Shown here in pieces: positions 38,704 to 49,071 of a DNA stretch of 64,000 nucleotides. The notes under the pieces are model-generated. The model worked only from the letters and a program-made list of their open reading frames with translations. It was not told the origin of the DNA and ran no database searches. Numbering within the stretch: the first letter of the stretch is position 1; every line of letters starts with the position of its first letter. This DNA comes from Candidatus Kapaibacterium sp. (GTDB lineage Bacteria; Bacteroidota; Ignavibacteria; Kapaibacteriales; UBA2268), in assembly GCA_963664875.1 (NCBI GenBank), contig OY761611.1, positions 992,001 through 1,056,000 of the forward strand. The letters run 5' to 3'. Position numbers and translations under genes: made by a program.

Positions 38704-39174
38704 ATGAGATTGTACGATGTATTTAGAGATCCGGTGCTGCTTAGAGGAGGTACTTTTTATAGTCACGTACAGGTTGGGGACGATTATCTGAATATATTCT
38801 ATCATTTAGATTATGATAGTTTCCGTGCAAAAGTACCGAACACAATCAGGTCAAAAAAAGATTTTGAAATGTATTGGGCTACTCACAATTCAATCGAAAA
38901 GATGATTGTAGAACCGATTAGAATGCTTAAAAATTTTCCGTCTCTGAAAAGAGTAAAGTTAGTTTTTGGTGATGGAAAGAATATTTATACGATAGATATC
39001 ACTGCTCAAGAATTGGAATATTACACCAATTATAGTGTAAAAGACCTAAATGATGACTTATGCTGGCAGAAGTTTGTCAATACTTACATTTACTCAAGTA
39101 ATAATCCTCTAAGGAAAAAGTTGTTCGATAGATTTACCAGCATACAAAAAAATAATGCAGCAAAATCAAGTTAA
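38704..39174 (+). CDS. Hypothetical protein
   Basis: 156-aa ATG ORF with globular composition and no competing ORF; no recognisable catalytic motif. Confidence 0.7.
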   Translation: MRLYDVFRDPVLLRGGTFYSHVQVGDDYLNIFYHLDYDSFRAKVPNTIRSKKDFEMYWATHNSIEKMIVEPIRMLKNFPSLKRVKLVFGDGKNIYTIDITAQELEYYTNYSVKDLNDDLCWQKFVNTYIYSSNNPLRKKLFDRFTSIQKNNAAKSS

Positions 39175-39199
39175 TATTTTCAAATTAACTTGATTTTGC
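39160..39199. repeat. Perfect 16-bp inverted repeat overlapping the stop codon
   Basis: GCAAAATCAAGTTAAT-N8-ATTAACTTGATTTTGC. Confidence 0.7.
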
Positions 39200-39459
39200 C
39201 TGAAATATCAAATCTCTTAAACATTCACTAAATCAATATTTATTGTCATCTTTAAAGTAAAATCGCCCCTAACAAGAGCATCATTCCATATTTAATCTTC
39301 TTTCTACTAAATACAAAAATATAATAACTACTATTTTATACCTATTGAAAACTTGTGCATAACTTTTCAATATTGGCAAGCATTTATGCTAAATTTTGTG
39401 TATTTTTGGTATTCGGATTAATACGTGTAGTTTTTTCCATATAGTATTGTTGTAAGTCC

Positions 39460-40014
39460 ATGATAAAAAGCTGGTTAACCAAAAAAGAAGAGCTTCTGGC
39501 AAATCTTAGAATCTTTAATGCTAAAATGATTACAAGGGAAAATCCTCTGTCTGGTGTGGACGGTAAATTTACGGTTTTGGATTCTCCTCAATGGGTTAAC
39601 ATCATACCTATAACTAAACAAAATGAAGTTGTTCTCGTTAAACAGTACAGACATGGCACTGATGAAATTACTTTGGAAATTCCCGGTGGTCTGATAGAAA
39701 AGGACGAAGATCCAAGACTTGCCGGCGAAAGGGAATGTCTGGAAGAAACCGGATTTGCTTCGGAATGCGATGCTATTTTACTTGGAAAAAACAGACCAAA
39801 TCCTGCTTTTCTGAATAATTATTGTTATTCTTACGTTTGGTTCGATTGCGAGCTGAAACAAAAGCAAAATTTGGATATACATGAAGACATAGAAGTAGTC
39901 ACTGTGCCACTCAAAGAGATAACCGATTATATAATAGATGGCAAAATCGACCACTCTTTGGTACTTACGGCTTTTTTCTTCTATGGTATGCAATATAAAA
40001 ACTTAGAATTTTAA
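39460..40014 (+). CDS. NUDIX hydrolase (ADP-ribose pyrophosphatase-like)
   Basis: LVKQYRH..LEIPGG and Nudix box [23 protein letters not shown]. Confidence 0.92.
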   Translation: MIKSWLTKKEELLANLRIFNAKMITRENPLSGVDGKFTVLDSPQWVNIIPITKQNEVVLVKQYRHGTDEITLEIPGGLIEKDEDPRLAGERECLEETGFASECDAILLGKNRPNPAFLNNYCYSYVWFDCELKQKQNLDIHEDIEVVTVPLKEITDYIIDGKIDHSLVLTAFFFYGMQYKNLEF

Positions 40015-40037
40015 ATAAATCATATATATTTGAGCTT

Positions 40038-40844
40038 ATGGGAAAAATAATTGCTATTGCGAATCAAAAAGGCGGCGTAGGCAAAACAACGTCTTCTATC
40101 AACTTAGCAGCCTCTCTTGCTGCTATGGAATTTAAAGTATTGCTTGTGGATACTGACCCTCAGGCTAATACTTCTAATGGTGTTGGTATAGATTCAAGAG
40201 AATTAGAAAAAACAGTTTACGAAGTGCTTGTCAATAAATTGCCTGCAAATGATTGCATTTTAGAAACTCAAATGCCAAATCTATTCCTTTTGCCTTCTCA
40301 CATCAACCTTGTTGGTGCAGAAATTGAAATGGTCAACGAAGAACAAAGGGAAATGGTTCTAAAAAGTGCATTAGCAGAAGTAAAGGAAGATTATGATTTT
40401 GTGATAATCGACTGTCCTCCCTCACTTGGCTTGCTTACATTGAATGCTCTTTCTGCTGCAAATGCGGTTCTTATTCCTGTACAGTGCGAGTATTACGCCT
40501 TGGAAGGTTTGGGGCAGCTGCTTAATACTATTTCAATTGTACGCTACCACCTCAATCCCGAGCTTGAAATCGAAGGTGTACTTTTGACTATGTTTGATGC
40601 AAGGCTCAGACTCTCTAATCAGGTTGTTGAAGAAGTACGTAAGCATTTCGACGATAAAGTATTCAATACTTTAATCAGCAGAAATGTCCGCTTATCGGAA
40701 GCACCAAGCCACGGTAAACCTGTAATTTTATACGATGCTGTAAGCTCCGGTGCTAAAAATTATTTAGACCTCGCAGGTGAAATAATCGAACGCAATAAAA
40801 AAATGTTTAAACGCAGAAAAATTAAAACAAATATTGTTGAATAA
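40038..40844 (+). CDS. parA: Chromosome partition ATPase ParA/Soj
   Basis: [48 protein letters not shown]. Confidence 0.96.
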   Translation: MGKIIAIANQKGGVGKTTSSINLAASLAAMEFKVLLVDTDPQANTSNGVGIDSRELEKTVYEVLVNKLPANDCILETQMPNLFLLPSHINLVGAEIEMVNEEQREMVLKSALAEVKEDYDFVIIDCPPSLGLLTLNALSAANAVLIPVQCEYYALEGLGQLLNTISIVRYHLNPELEIEGVLLTMFDARLRLSNQVVEEVRKHFDDKVFNTLISRNVRLSEAPSHGKPVILYDAVSSGAKNYLDLAGEIIERNKKMFKRRKIKTNIVE

Positions 40845-40859
40845 TAATAGCAAAGTTAG

Positions 40860-41798
40860 ATGTCTAAAAATATAAAACCGGCTTTGGGCAAAGGGCTTGG
40901 TGCTCTAATCCCAAAAGTTGATTATCAAAAGCAACAAATCGAAGCTGAAAAGTCCAAATCTGTTGATACAGGAAGTATTGCCAATATAGATATTAAGTTC
41001 ATCACCACTAACCCGTATCAGCCCCGCAAGGATTTTGACGAAGAAGCTTTGAACGATTTGAAAAATTCTATTTTGGAGCATGGCGTAATTCAGCCTATAA
41101 CAGTTCGCAAATCTTTGCATGGTTTCGAGCTTGTTTCGGGAGAAAGACGTCTTAGAGCTTCAAAGATGGCTGGTTTGGAAACTATTCCGGCGTATGTTTT
41201 GGACGTTGAGACAGGTGCTAAATCCCTTCAACTTGCTATTATAGAAAATGTGCAGAGAGAAAATCTTAATCCTATAGAAATAGCACATTCTTACCAAAGA
41301 CTGATAGACGAATGCAATCTAACTCAGGAGCAGGTCTCTGTTAAAGTCGGAAAAGAGCGCTCTACAGTAGCCAATTTCCTACGATTACTCAAGCTCCCTG
41401 AAAAAGTGCAGGAACTTGTCAGAAAAAAAGAATTATCCATGGGACATGCCAGAACATTACTCGGCCTAAGCTCAAGTGAAAAAATGAATGATGCTGCAAT
41501 GCTTGTCATAGATAAGCAGCTTTCTGTAAGAGCTACTGAGGCTTTAGTGAAAGAGCTTGAAAATACTCAAAAAGTCGCTAAACCGGAACCTAAACAAAAA
41601 GAACCTATAGTAAGCGAAGAAACAAAGCTTATACTCGAAGATTTGGAAAACAGATTGAGACAATCTTTCGCAACTGACGTAAAAATTCATGCAAAATCAA
41701 AACAAAGCGGTACTATCAGCTTTGAATTTTATTCGCCGGAAGATATGGAAAGACTTATCGAATTATTTGAAGAAATTTCTAAAAAAAATGGAAACTAA
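40860..41798 (+). CDS. parB: Chromosome partition protein ParB/Spo0J
   Basis: LGKGLGALI, NPYQPRKDF, GERRLRA, ENVQRENLN. Confidence 0.96.
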   Translation: MSKNIKPALGKGLGALIPKVDYQKQQIEAEKSKSVDTGSIANIDIKFITTNPYQPRKDFDEEALNDLKNSILEHGVIQPITVRKSLHGFELVSGERRLRASKMAGLETIPAYVLDVETGAKSLQLAIIENVQRENLNPIEIAHSYQRLIDECNLTQEQVSVKVGKERSTVANFLRLLKLPEKVQELVRKKELSMGHARTLLGLSSSEKMNDAAMLVIDKQLSVRATEALVKELENTQKVAKPEPKQKEPIVSEETKLILEDLENRLRQSFATDVKIHAKSKQSGTISFEFYSPEDMERLIELFEEISKKNGN

Positions 41799-41810
41799 GG
41801 GAACTTTTTG

Positions 41811-42248
41811 ATGACTAACGGTGTAATAAAGCTATCACATAAGCATAAAATTAGAGTTAGATATGCCGATACAGACAAAATGGGCATAGTTTACAACGGA
41901 AATTACTTCACTTTTTTTGAAGTTGGCAGAACTGAACTCATGCGTTCGCATGGGCTTAGCTACAAGGAATTAGAAAAAGAGGGTTATTACCTCCCACTTG
42001 TAGAAAGCCATGCTAAGTATATCACTCCTGCTCTATATGACGACGAGCTTGATGTAGAAGCTACTTTATGCTTTGAGAAAAAAGCAACTCTGAAGTTTGA
42101 TTATAATATTTATCGTGGAGATACGATAATATCACAAGGTTATACAGTGCACTCATTCATGAATCAAGAAACAATGAGACCTGTAAGACCACCTAAATCA
42201 TTTATTGATTTACTGGAAAATATTCAAAATCAGAGTAGCAATAGCTAA
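41811..42248 (+). CDS. YbgC/4HBT-family acyl-CoA thioesterase
   Basis: RVRYADTDKMGIVYNGNY..FEVGRTE, PALYDDEL. Confidence 0.92.
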   Translation: MTNGVIKLSHKHKIRVRYADTDKMGIVYNGNYFTFFEVGRTELMRSHGLSYKELEKEGYYLPLVESHAKYITPALYDDELDVEATLCFEKKATLKFDYNIYRGDTIISQGYTVHSFMNQETMRPVRPPKSFIDLLENIQNQSSNS

Positions 42249-42275
42249 TATTGATAATTTTTTCGGACGCTAATC

Positions 42276-43238
42276 ATGACAAAAATAAAGATTTTGATAG
42301 TTTTACTTTTCTGTTCTGTGTTTTCTCTCGAAGCAACAGCTCAGGCTTACACTCCTTTCAATTTTATTAGAGAATCTATGAGTGCAAGAAGTGCTGCTTT
42401 GGCCGGTTGTATGGTATCTATGAAAGATGACCCGACGGCTCATTTTTTCAATCCAGCTTCCATTTCTACTGTAGAAAACAATAGATTCGCAGTTACTTTT
42501 CTGAAACATGCTGCTGATATCAATTCAGGAAATGTATCCTTTATTTCGCCTGTTAGCGATGACTCCGATAATACTGCTTATTGGGCAAGCTCTGTAGCAT
42601 ATACTAATTATGGTTCGTTTGAGTATGCAGACATAGACGGCAATAAAAACGGCCAGACTTTTGGTGCTAATAGCTTTGTCTTTTCAGGTACATATTCCAA
42701 CATTTTAGATTCTAATCTATTCTATGGAGTTTCTGCAAAATTTATATACTCTCATCTGGAAGAAGTCAGCTCCGCAGCTTTTGCTTTAGATGCAGGTATC
42801 TTCTATAAGCTGAAAGACGGACGCTCCAATTTTGGATTATCTGTTTTGCATGCCGGAACTCAAGTCTCAAAATATGGCAACGAATCTGAAGATTTGCCAT
42901 TAGATATTAGGATTGGAATGAATCATAGACTGAAAGGGCTGCCTTTGCTTGTCAATGCTTCTTTCCATCACTTAGCAGATGAAACTGATAATTTCACAGA
43001 TAAACTTAAAAATTTTGCTATTGCAGGCGAATTGTATCTTGGTAAAAATATTATGGTCAGACTTGGATATGACAATCAGATTCGTCAATATTCCACTCCG
43101 GATTTTGAAAAAGGTCTTTCAGGTATTTCTGCCGGTTTAGGTATTAAAGGCGATAATTTTACTTTCGATTATGGATTTGCCAGATACGGAAGTGCTGCCA
43201 CATTGCACAGATTCTCTTTAGCTTTCGATATTTTTTAA
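42276..43238 (+). CDS. PorV/PorQ-family outer-membrane beta-barrel (type IX secretion associated)
   Basis: Signal peptide; SARSAALAG, FFNPA, FALDAGIFY, LPLDIRIG, VRLGYD, GLSGISAGLG, LHRFSLAF; terminal Phe. Confidence 0.8.
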   Translation: MTKIKILIVLLFCSVFSLEATAQAYTPFNFIRESMSARSAALAGCMVSMKDDPTAHFFNPASISTVENNRFAVTFLKHAADINSGNVSFISPVSDDSDNTAYWASSVAYTNYGSFEYADIDGNKNGQTFGANSFVFSGTYSNILDSNLFYGVSAKFIYSHLEEVSSAAFALDAGIFYKLKDGRSNFGLSVLHAGTQVSKYGNESEDLPLDIRIGMNHRLKGLPLLVNASFHHLADETDNFTDKLKNFAIAGELYLGKNIMVRLGYDNQIRQYSTPDFEKGLSGISAGLGIKGDNFTFDYGFARYGSAATLHRFSLAFDIF

Positions 43239-43254
43239 CCCACTCTGATTTTAT

Positions 43255-43572
43255 ATGAATGACATTCGAATTGCCATTGAGAAAGAGATACAGATCACAA
43301 AAGAAGCTATATCTGAGCTTGAAGAAATAATGCAGCCTGTAGAACCTGATTGTGCCATCGGTGTTATATCAAGAATAGAAGCTATACAAAATCAGGGTGT
43401 CGCGGAACAGTCGTTAAAGCAGGCAAAAGATAAGCTCAATAAATTGGAATATATGCTCAATCAGATTGGAACGGAAAATTTCGGTAAATGCAAACGTTGC
43501 GGAAAGCAAATTCCAATCGAAAGAATCCTCTTTATTCCGGAAAATCCCTTCTGTATAAATTGCACCAAATAG
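43255..43572 (+). CDS. TraR/DksA C4 zinc-finger protein
   Basis: Coiled coil plus FGKCKRCGKQIPIERI..CINC. Confidence 0.88.
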   Translation: MNDIRIAIEKEIQITKEAISELEEIMQPVEPDCAIGVISRIEAIQNQGVAEQSLKQAKDKLNKLEYMLNQIGTENFGKCKRCGKQIPIERILFIPENPFCINCTK

Positions 43573-43590
43573 TTAATTAGGTCTGCCCAA

Positions 43591-43794
43591 ATGGAATGTA
43601 AACAAATTCTGAATCTTAATCGATGTAACTGTAGCTACGATCCATGTACAAGAAAAGGTATCTGTTGCGATTGTGTAGCTCATCATTTAAAATCACGCCA
43701 GCTTCCTGCTTGCTTTTTCCCAACTGACGCGGAAAAAACCTTCAACAGATCATTCGAGCATTTTGCAAAATTAGTATCTGAAGGCAAGATATAA
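43591..43794 (+). CDS. Small Cys-rich protein (DUF6485-like)
   Basis: CNCSYDPCTRKGICCDCVAHH..LPACFF..EKTFNRS. Confidence 0.7.
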   Translation: MECKQILNLNRCNCSYDPCTRKGICCDCVAHHLKSRQLPACFFPTDAEKTFNRSFEHFAKLVSEGKI

Positions 43795-43930
43795 ATTAGA
43801 TATTGACTCTCAAAAAGCTTAAATCTCTTACAATAAGATTAAATCTATTCCAAGTCAACAATTTTTATAAAGAAGCTACCGTCTCTTATTGTGTATGTTG
43901 TTTATTTGACAATATATTAGGAGATGCAAC

Positions 43931-44197
43931 ATGTTAGCAAATATTAACTCCACGGAAGCATCTTATAATATCAGAGAATCAGAAAGAATAGCTAATGTAA
44001 AAAGTGCTGACAAAGTAGAAAAAGAAATCTCTGCTTTGAATAACAACAAAGAAGATAAGTTAGAGCTTTCTGTCGCTGCTTCAAAAAAATTTGATGCTTT
44101 GAAACCGGCTCCTTTACCGGGGACTAATTACGAACCAAAGGCTGACCCATCAAAGTTGGCAGGTTCCAAAGGAAGTATGGTGGACTCTAAAGCATAA
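43931..44197 (+). CDS. Small hypothetical protein
   Basis: AGGAG RBS before ATG; 88 aa; followed by a terminator. Confidence 0.7.
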   Translation: MLANINSTEASYNIRESERIANVKSADKVEKEISALNNNKEDKLELSVAASKKFDALKPAPLPGTNYEPKADPSKLAGSKGSMVDSKA

Positions 44198-44239
44198 TTT
44201 ATTGCTTTTGTTTATCGCTCAAATCTAAAATATTGAATC

Positions 44240-44282
44240 AAAAAAAAACAGAGAACTGTTTTGTTAGCTCTCTGTTTTTTTT
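44240..44282. terminator. Bidirectional terminator
   Basis: A-run-CAGAGA...TCTCTG-T-run. Confidence 0.75.
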
Positions 44283-44286
44283 ATTA

Positions 44287-45570
44287 TTATTTTGCCAATT
44301 TTATCCATTTGATAAGCTCTTTGAAAGAAGGCTTTTTACCTGTCATCAAGATACCAACCCGATAAACTCTTGCAGCTACCCATACGGCACCTAAAAATGT
44401 ACCTATCATGGCTATTACAGATATTGCAATCTCCCACACAGGCATTGATGTGGCAAACATCCTCACCGGCATCAAAATCGGAGAAAACAGCGGGAAATGC
44501 GATGCTGCAATAGCTAAAGTGCTTTCAGGATTTGTTATCATGGAAGCAAGGAAAAGCATAGGAAATATAATAATCATAGTTACAGGCATTTGCAACTGCT
44601 GAGCATCTTGCTCTTGATCTACTGCTGAGCCAATAGCTGCATACAAGCTTGCAAAAATGAAGTAGCCTGCAATAAAGTAGAACAAAAATCCCAGAATCAT
44701 CCAGATATTAATATCCGGCATTGGTATTTCTCCAAAAAGCATTTGAGCTTGTTGCATCTGCTCTGCATTTACTCCTGTAACTGCAGTTTCTGCCGGTGAT
44801 AAACCTAACATCAGAACAATCGAAGAAAGTACAATCCAAAACATAACCTGAGTTAGCCCTGCAAGTCCTATACCGATTATCTTACCAAACATAATATCAA
44901 AAGGTCTCACTGAAGAAGCAATTACCTCAATGATTCTGTTAGCTTTTTCGTCAATTACCGCCCTTAGCACCATGCCGCCATACATCAGCATCAGGAAGTA
45001 ATTCGCAAAACCAAAGATAAACCCAATCACCGCAAGTATCTCGTTGTTGTCTTCTTCAACTTTTCCTTCTTTGCTGATTTTTTTTGTAATAATCTCAATT
45101 CCTTCGCCCGCATCTTCTAATGTCTGCAAATCTATGCCGGCATTTTTGAGCCTTTCACTCCTGATTACGCTACGCAAAGTAGATTTTAGAGATTGAATAA
45201 AACTAATACCACTACCACCGGTAGAATTAACTTCTACTTTACCTTCTTCGATTACGTTTGAGGGCAAATAGATATAGCCATCGATGGTCTGGTTTTGAGT
45301 TTTTTCTTTTAATTCATCTAAGGTATAAGGAGATTTTGCATAAATAGCCGTATCTGATTCTATTATATCATCATAGAGTATTCCGGTCTCATCCAAAACA
45401 TAAATCTTTTTGGAAATATCATCTTCTGTAGCCATCATAATTATTGTTGGGAGTACCATCAGAGCAGCCATAAGAAGAGGAGCGATAAAGGTGCCGATAA
45501 TGAAACCTTTGGACTTTAATTTCAGCATATATTCGTGCGAAATTATAGTCATAATCTTCGAATTACTCAT
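44287..45570 (-). CDS. ABC-2 type exporter permease (NatB/YhaP-like)
   Basis: VIDEKANRIIEVI..MFGKIIGIG, LYAAIGS..EQDAQQ, PLFSPILMPVR. Confidence 0.9.
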   Translation of the reverse strand: MSNSKIMTIISHEYMLKLKSKGFIIGTFIAPLLMAALMVLPTIIMMATEDDISKKIYVLDETGILYDDIIESDTAIYAKSPYTLDELKEKTQNQTIDGYIYLPSNVIEEGKVEVNSTGGSGISFIQSLKSTLRSVIRSERLKNAGIDLQTLEDAGEGIEIITKKISKEGKVEEDNNEILAVIGFIFGFANYFLMLMYGGMVLRAVIDEKANRIIEVIASSVRPFDIMFGKIIGIGLAGLTQVMFWIVLSSIVLMLGLSPAETAVTGVNAEQMQQAQMLFGEIPMPDINIWMILGFLFYFIAGYFIFASLYAAIGSAVDQEQDAQQLQMPVTMIIIFPMLFLASMITNPESTLAIAASHFPLFSPILMPVRMFATSMPVWEIAISVIAMIGTFLGAVWVAARVYRVGILMTGKKPSFKELIKWIKLAK

Positions 45571-46477
45571 GGCTTACCTCCTTTTTGGAAACAACTTCGA
45601 TAAATATCTCATGCAGACTTGGCTCTTTGGTGTCAAATTTGTAAATGTCAATCTTGTCTGCCAATTCTCTTATTAGTTTTGGAGCCGTAATCAGGTTACT
45701 GTCAAGTGCTATCTCAGCAGTATTTTCAGTCTTATTGAGCACAGTTACACCCGGTATTTTGTGCAAAATTGCAGATGAGCCGTCAAATTCTATATAGGCA
45801 TTGTTTCTGCCAAAGCCTCTTTTTACTTCTGCCACATTTCCATTTAGCACAACCTTGCCTTTGTTAATCAAAAGCATTTCGTCGCACATCTGCTCAACCT
45901 GATGCATTACATGAGTGGACAGAATAATTGTTTTGCCTTGTTCTTTCAGTTCAAGGATAATATTTTTCAACAATTCTGTATTTACAGGGTCAAAACCTGA
46001 AAAAGGTTCGTCGAGAATTATAAAGTCCGGGTCATGCAGTATGGTAGAAATAAACTGAACTTTTTGCTGCATCCCTTTAGAAAGTTCCTGCACCTTTTTG
46101 CCTGCCCAGTCTGAAATATCTAAATGAGCTAACCAAATTTTAGCGCGCTTGTTAGCTTCCGAATGGCTCAAACCTTTAAGCCTTCCAAAATAAACCAGCT
46201 GTTCGATTACTTTAACTTTTTTGTAAAGCCCCCTTTCCTCCGGCAAATATCCAATTTTGTTTTGGAGTTCAGGATTCATCTGCTGATCAAATAATTTGAT
46301 TGTACCACTGTCGGGCATCAAAATATTTGTAATCATTCTAATCATCGTCGTCTTGCCCGCACCATTTGGCCCTAATAATCCAAATATCTTCCCTTGCGGC
46401 ACATCGAAGCTGATGTCATTGTTGGCATTATAATCGCCAAATCTCTTGATGATATTTCTAACCTCAAGAACGTTCAT
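45563..46477 (-). CDS. ABC exporter ATP-binding protein (YhaQ-like)
   Basis: GPNGAGKTT, GYLPEERGLY, LSKGMQQK, LDEPFSGFD, EPSLHEIF. Confidence 0.93.
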   Translation of the reverse strand: MNVLEVRNIIKRFGDYNANNDISFDVPQGKIFGLLGPNGAGKTTMIRMITNILMPDSGTIKLFDQQMNPELQNKIGYLPEERGLYKKVKVIEQLVYFGRLKGLSHSEANKRAKIWLAHLDISDWAGKKVQELSKGMQQKVQFISTILHDPDFIILDEPFSGFDPVNTELLKNIILELKEQGKTIILSTHVMHQVEQMCDEMLLINKGKVVLNGNVAEVKRGFGRNNAYIEFDGSSAILHKIPGVTVLNKTENTAEIALDSNLITAPKLIRELADKIDIYKFDTKEPSLHEIFIEVVSKKEVSHE

Positions 46478-46884
46478 TTGCTATGACCCCAAAAATTTGA
46501 TAAAATCTCAAATGATCTATAATCAATAGAATCTGCATTTACATGACAAGACACAACTTTACTTGTGTACTTTTTGCCTATTCGTATAGTGCAATAAACT
46601 ACTAAAACATCAAAATTACTAAAATAAAATATATAATTATTTTCCCCAAGAATGTTAAGATATACGAATATATCCGCACATTGTTACATTTATAAAATGA
46701 TGCTTAATCTGATTTTTTCTTCAATACTAATGTTCCTTTTGCAACTCTGTCAGCTGTCAGACGGAATACAAATTTTTTACACATCCGGAATAATAATTAT
46801 GCATAGACATAATTGGAATTGTATAGAATAGATATATCTTATAAATTGCAGGATTGAAATTCGACCATAATTATTATATCTGAC

Positions 46885-47742
46885 GTGATAGAAACTCCTA
46901 TACTACTGATAGCTACGAATAATCCGGAAAATCTGAAACACAACATAGATATTTGCAGGGAAGTCGAAGCTGAACATATTATGTTTTTTGCCAACGGTCC
47001 TCGCTACGCAAATAAAAATGATGCCACAAAGTGCAAAGATATCAGACAAATGAGACATGATTTTGACTGGGGAGCTTTTATAAATACTCGCATCAAACAT
47101 AAACATCTTGGCTACAATGAGATGATGAATGTTGTCATGGAATGGCTCTTTCGGACAAATGAATATGGAATTATCATAAATGACAGATTTAAAGTATCTA
47201 AAGAGTTTATTGTGTTTGCGGATCGTGCCCTAAAGAAATATGCCGGCAATAGAGCCATAATGTCCATATCCTCGTTTGTAAGCGATGAAAAGTTGAATTT
47301 TGAAAGAGATGATTACTTTTTCTCTCACTTTTGTAACAATGAAATTTGGGCTACGTGGAAACGTGCCTGGGATTTATTCGAACCCAAAGGTAGAAATGCC
47401 AAGGACAAAGGACTTAGTGAATTTCTTTCTCTACTTTTTAAAGATGAGACATTAGCTCATAAAACTGCGGAAATGATCAAAGACCACATATACGAAAAAC
47501 CACACAATTGGGATTCACTCTGGCAACTTAATTTGCTCATCAATCAGGGATTGTGTCTTTATCCAAAACACAACCTCAGAACTTCAGATAAAACAGAACC
47601 CGTCAAATTTTTACCGGATTTAGAAAAAGAAATCCCTCCTGATTCCAACTCAGATTATGACAGATATATCGTTTTAGGCGAAAAAGGCAAAAACAAGCTT
47701 ATGGACTTTATCAAAAACTTTCGTGATAAATTTATCGGGTAA
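46885..47742 (+). CDS. Glycosyltransferase-like (GT-A fold) protein with degenerate active-site motifs
   Basis: ETPILL..NNP, FANGPR, FDW, HLG, GIII, WATWKRAW and WD..W follow the GT2-like nucleotide-sugar transferase pattern. Confidence 0.7.
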   Translation: MIETPILLIATNNPENLKHNIDICREVEAEHIMFFANGPRYANKNDATKCKDIRQMRHDFDWGAFINTRIKHKHLGYNEMMNVVMEWLFRTNEYGIIINDRFKVSKEFIVFADRALKKYAGNRAIMSISSFVSDEKLNFERDDYFFSHFCNNEIWATWKRAWDLFEPKGRNAKDKGLSEFLSLLFKDETLAHKTAEMIKDHIYEKPHNWDSLWQLNLLINQGLCLYPKHNLRTSDKTEPVKFLPDLEKEIPPDSNSDYDRYIVLGEKGKNKLMDFIKNFRDKFIG

Positions 47743-48184
47743 GTGTGGAATAATTATAGATGTTTTCAAAATGATTTTTACAATTAACACTCAAAACCAA
47801 TTGTAACCTCCGTTATTTTCGGCAAAGAATACAATTCAAACAAATAAGTAACTCATACAATTTCAATCAGTAAAGTCAGGAATGCTTGTCGAGCAGAGAG
47901 TTTTTGTCGAGCAAAGTCGAGGTAAAGTATATCCCCTTATCATTACAATGTTAAGACTCAATAGTATTTGCTAATGAATGTTATGAACTTACTATCCCTA
48001 TTTCAGACCTCCGCTTTAGGTGTTTGTTTTCTTGTCCATCAAACATAAATTTTCCAAACCCGCCCAAAAAGTATTATATTTGAAATAGCAATTTACATTC
48101 ATGATGCTTGGCATTGGTTACGTTACTACTTCCTCTGCTAATAGCACATTAATAAATACAATCTAGAAATATAGGAATACTGAA

Positions 48185-48373
48185 ATGTCTAAAAAGAAAA
48201 TGAGCTTCGAAGAACAAATAGACAGAATAGAAGAGATTGTCGAAAACCTTGACAGCAGCGAAAAGCCTCTCGAAGAACTTATTGCTGAGTACGAAGAAGC
48301 TATGAAATTGGCAAAAGACTGCCGTGCCTTTCTGGAAAAAGCAGAACAAAAAGTAACTGAAATAAGCAAATAA
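48185..48373 (+). CDS. xseB: Exodeoxyribonuclease VII small subunit
   Basis: SFEEQIDRIEEIV..L..PLEE....YEEAMKL...C...LEKAEQKV. Confidence 0.92.
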   Translation: MSKKKMSFEEQIDRIEEIVENLDSSEKPLEELIAEYEEAMKLAKDCRAFLEKAEQKVTEISK

Positions 48374-48384
48374 TGGCGTCTTCC

Positions 48385-49071
48385 CTATTTGTTTTCCGGA
48401 GAGCATATTACTAATACAAACTCTCCTTTAGCCTGCTTTTGTGTAAATACTTCAAGACATTCCGCAGGAGTGCCTATTACAAATTCTTCGAAAGCTTTGC
48501 TTATTTCCCGTGCAACACAAATCTTCCGTTCCGGTATCGAATTAGTCAAGGTTTCGAGGGTTTTTACTATTTTATGTGGTGATTCATATAGAATTGATGT
48601 AAACTGATGATTGCATACCATCTCAAAAAAGGTCATCCTACCTTTTTTTTGAGGAGGAAAGCCAAAAAATGTGAAATGATGATTAGGAAACCCTGAGGCT
48701 ATCAATGCCGGCACAAATGCAGTTGCTCCGGGCAATGGTACAACTTTTACACCTTCCTCTATCGCTGCAGCAATTATTCTATACCCCGGATCCGAAATCC
48801 CGGGAGTTCCGGCATCACTCGCAAGAGCGACTGATTTTCCGTTCTTGATTGCTTCTACAAGGGAATTAGCTTTTGCCGATTCGTTATGTTGGTGAAGACT
48901 CGTCATTTTTTTATGAGGTATGTTCAAAAGATTTAAGAGCTTTCCTGTTGTTCTTGTGTCTTCGCATGCTATAATATCAGCATTCCCAAGCACATTTACA
49001 GCACGCTGTGTTATATCTTCAAGATTTCCTATCGGAGTAGGCACGATATATAAAGCATTTTCAAGTTGCAT
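48385..49071 (-). CDS. rsmI: 16S rRNA C1402 2'-O-methyltransferase
   Basis: LYIVPTPIGNLEDIT, ACEDTR, SDAGTPGISDPG, YESPHK, REISK.FEE. Confidence 0.96.
   Translation of the reverse strand: MQLENALYIVPTPIGNLEDITQRAVNVLGNADIIACEDTRTTGKLLNLLNIPHKKMTSLHQHNESAKANSLVEAIKNGKSVALASDAGTPGISDPGYRIIAAAIEEGVKVVPLPGATAFVPALIASGFPNHHFTFFGFPPQKKGRMTFFEMVCNHQFTSILYESPHKIVKTLETLTNSIPERKICVAREISKAFEEFVIGTPAECLEVFTQKQAKGEFVLVICSPENK

Noticed and set aside
39175-41798. parS site or replication origin near parAB
   Set aside because: No TGTTTCACGTGAAACA-like palindrome or DnaA-box cluster seen by eye
46560-46615. YtrA/GntR operator upstream of the ABC exporter
   Set aside because: Only a weak palindrome and no adjacent GntR gene
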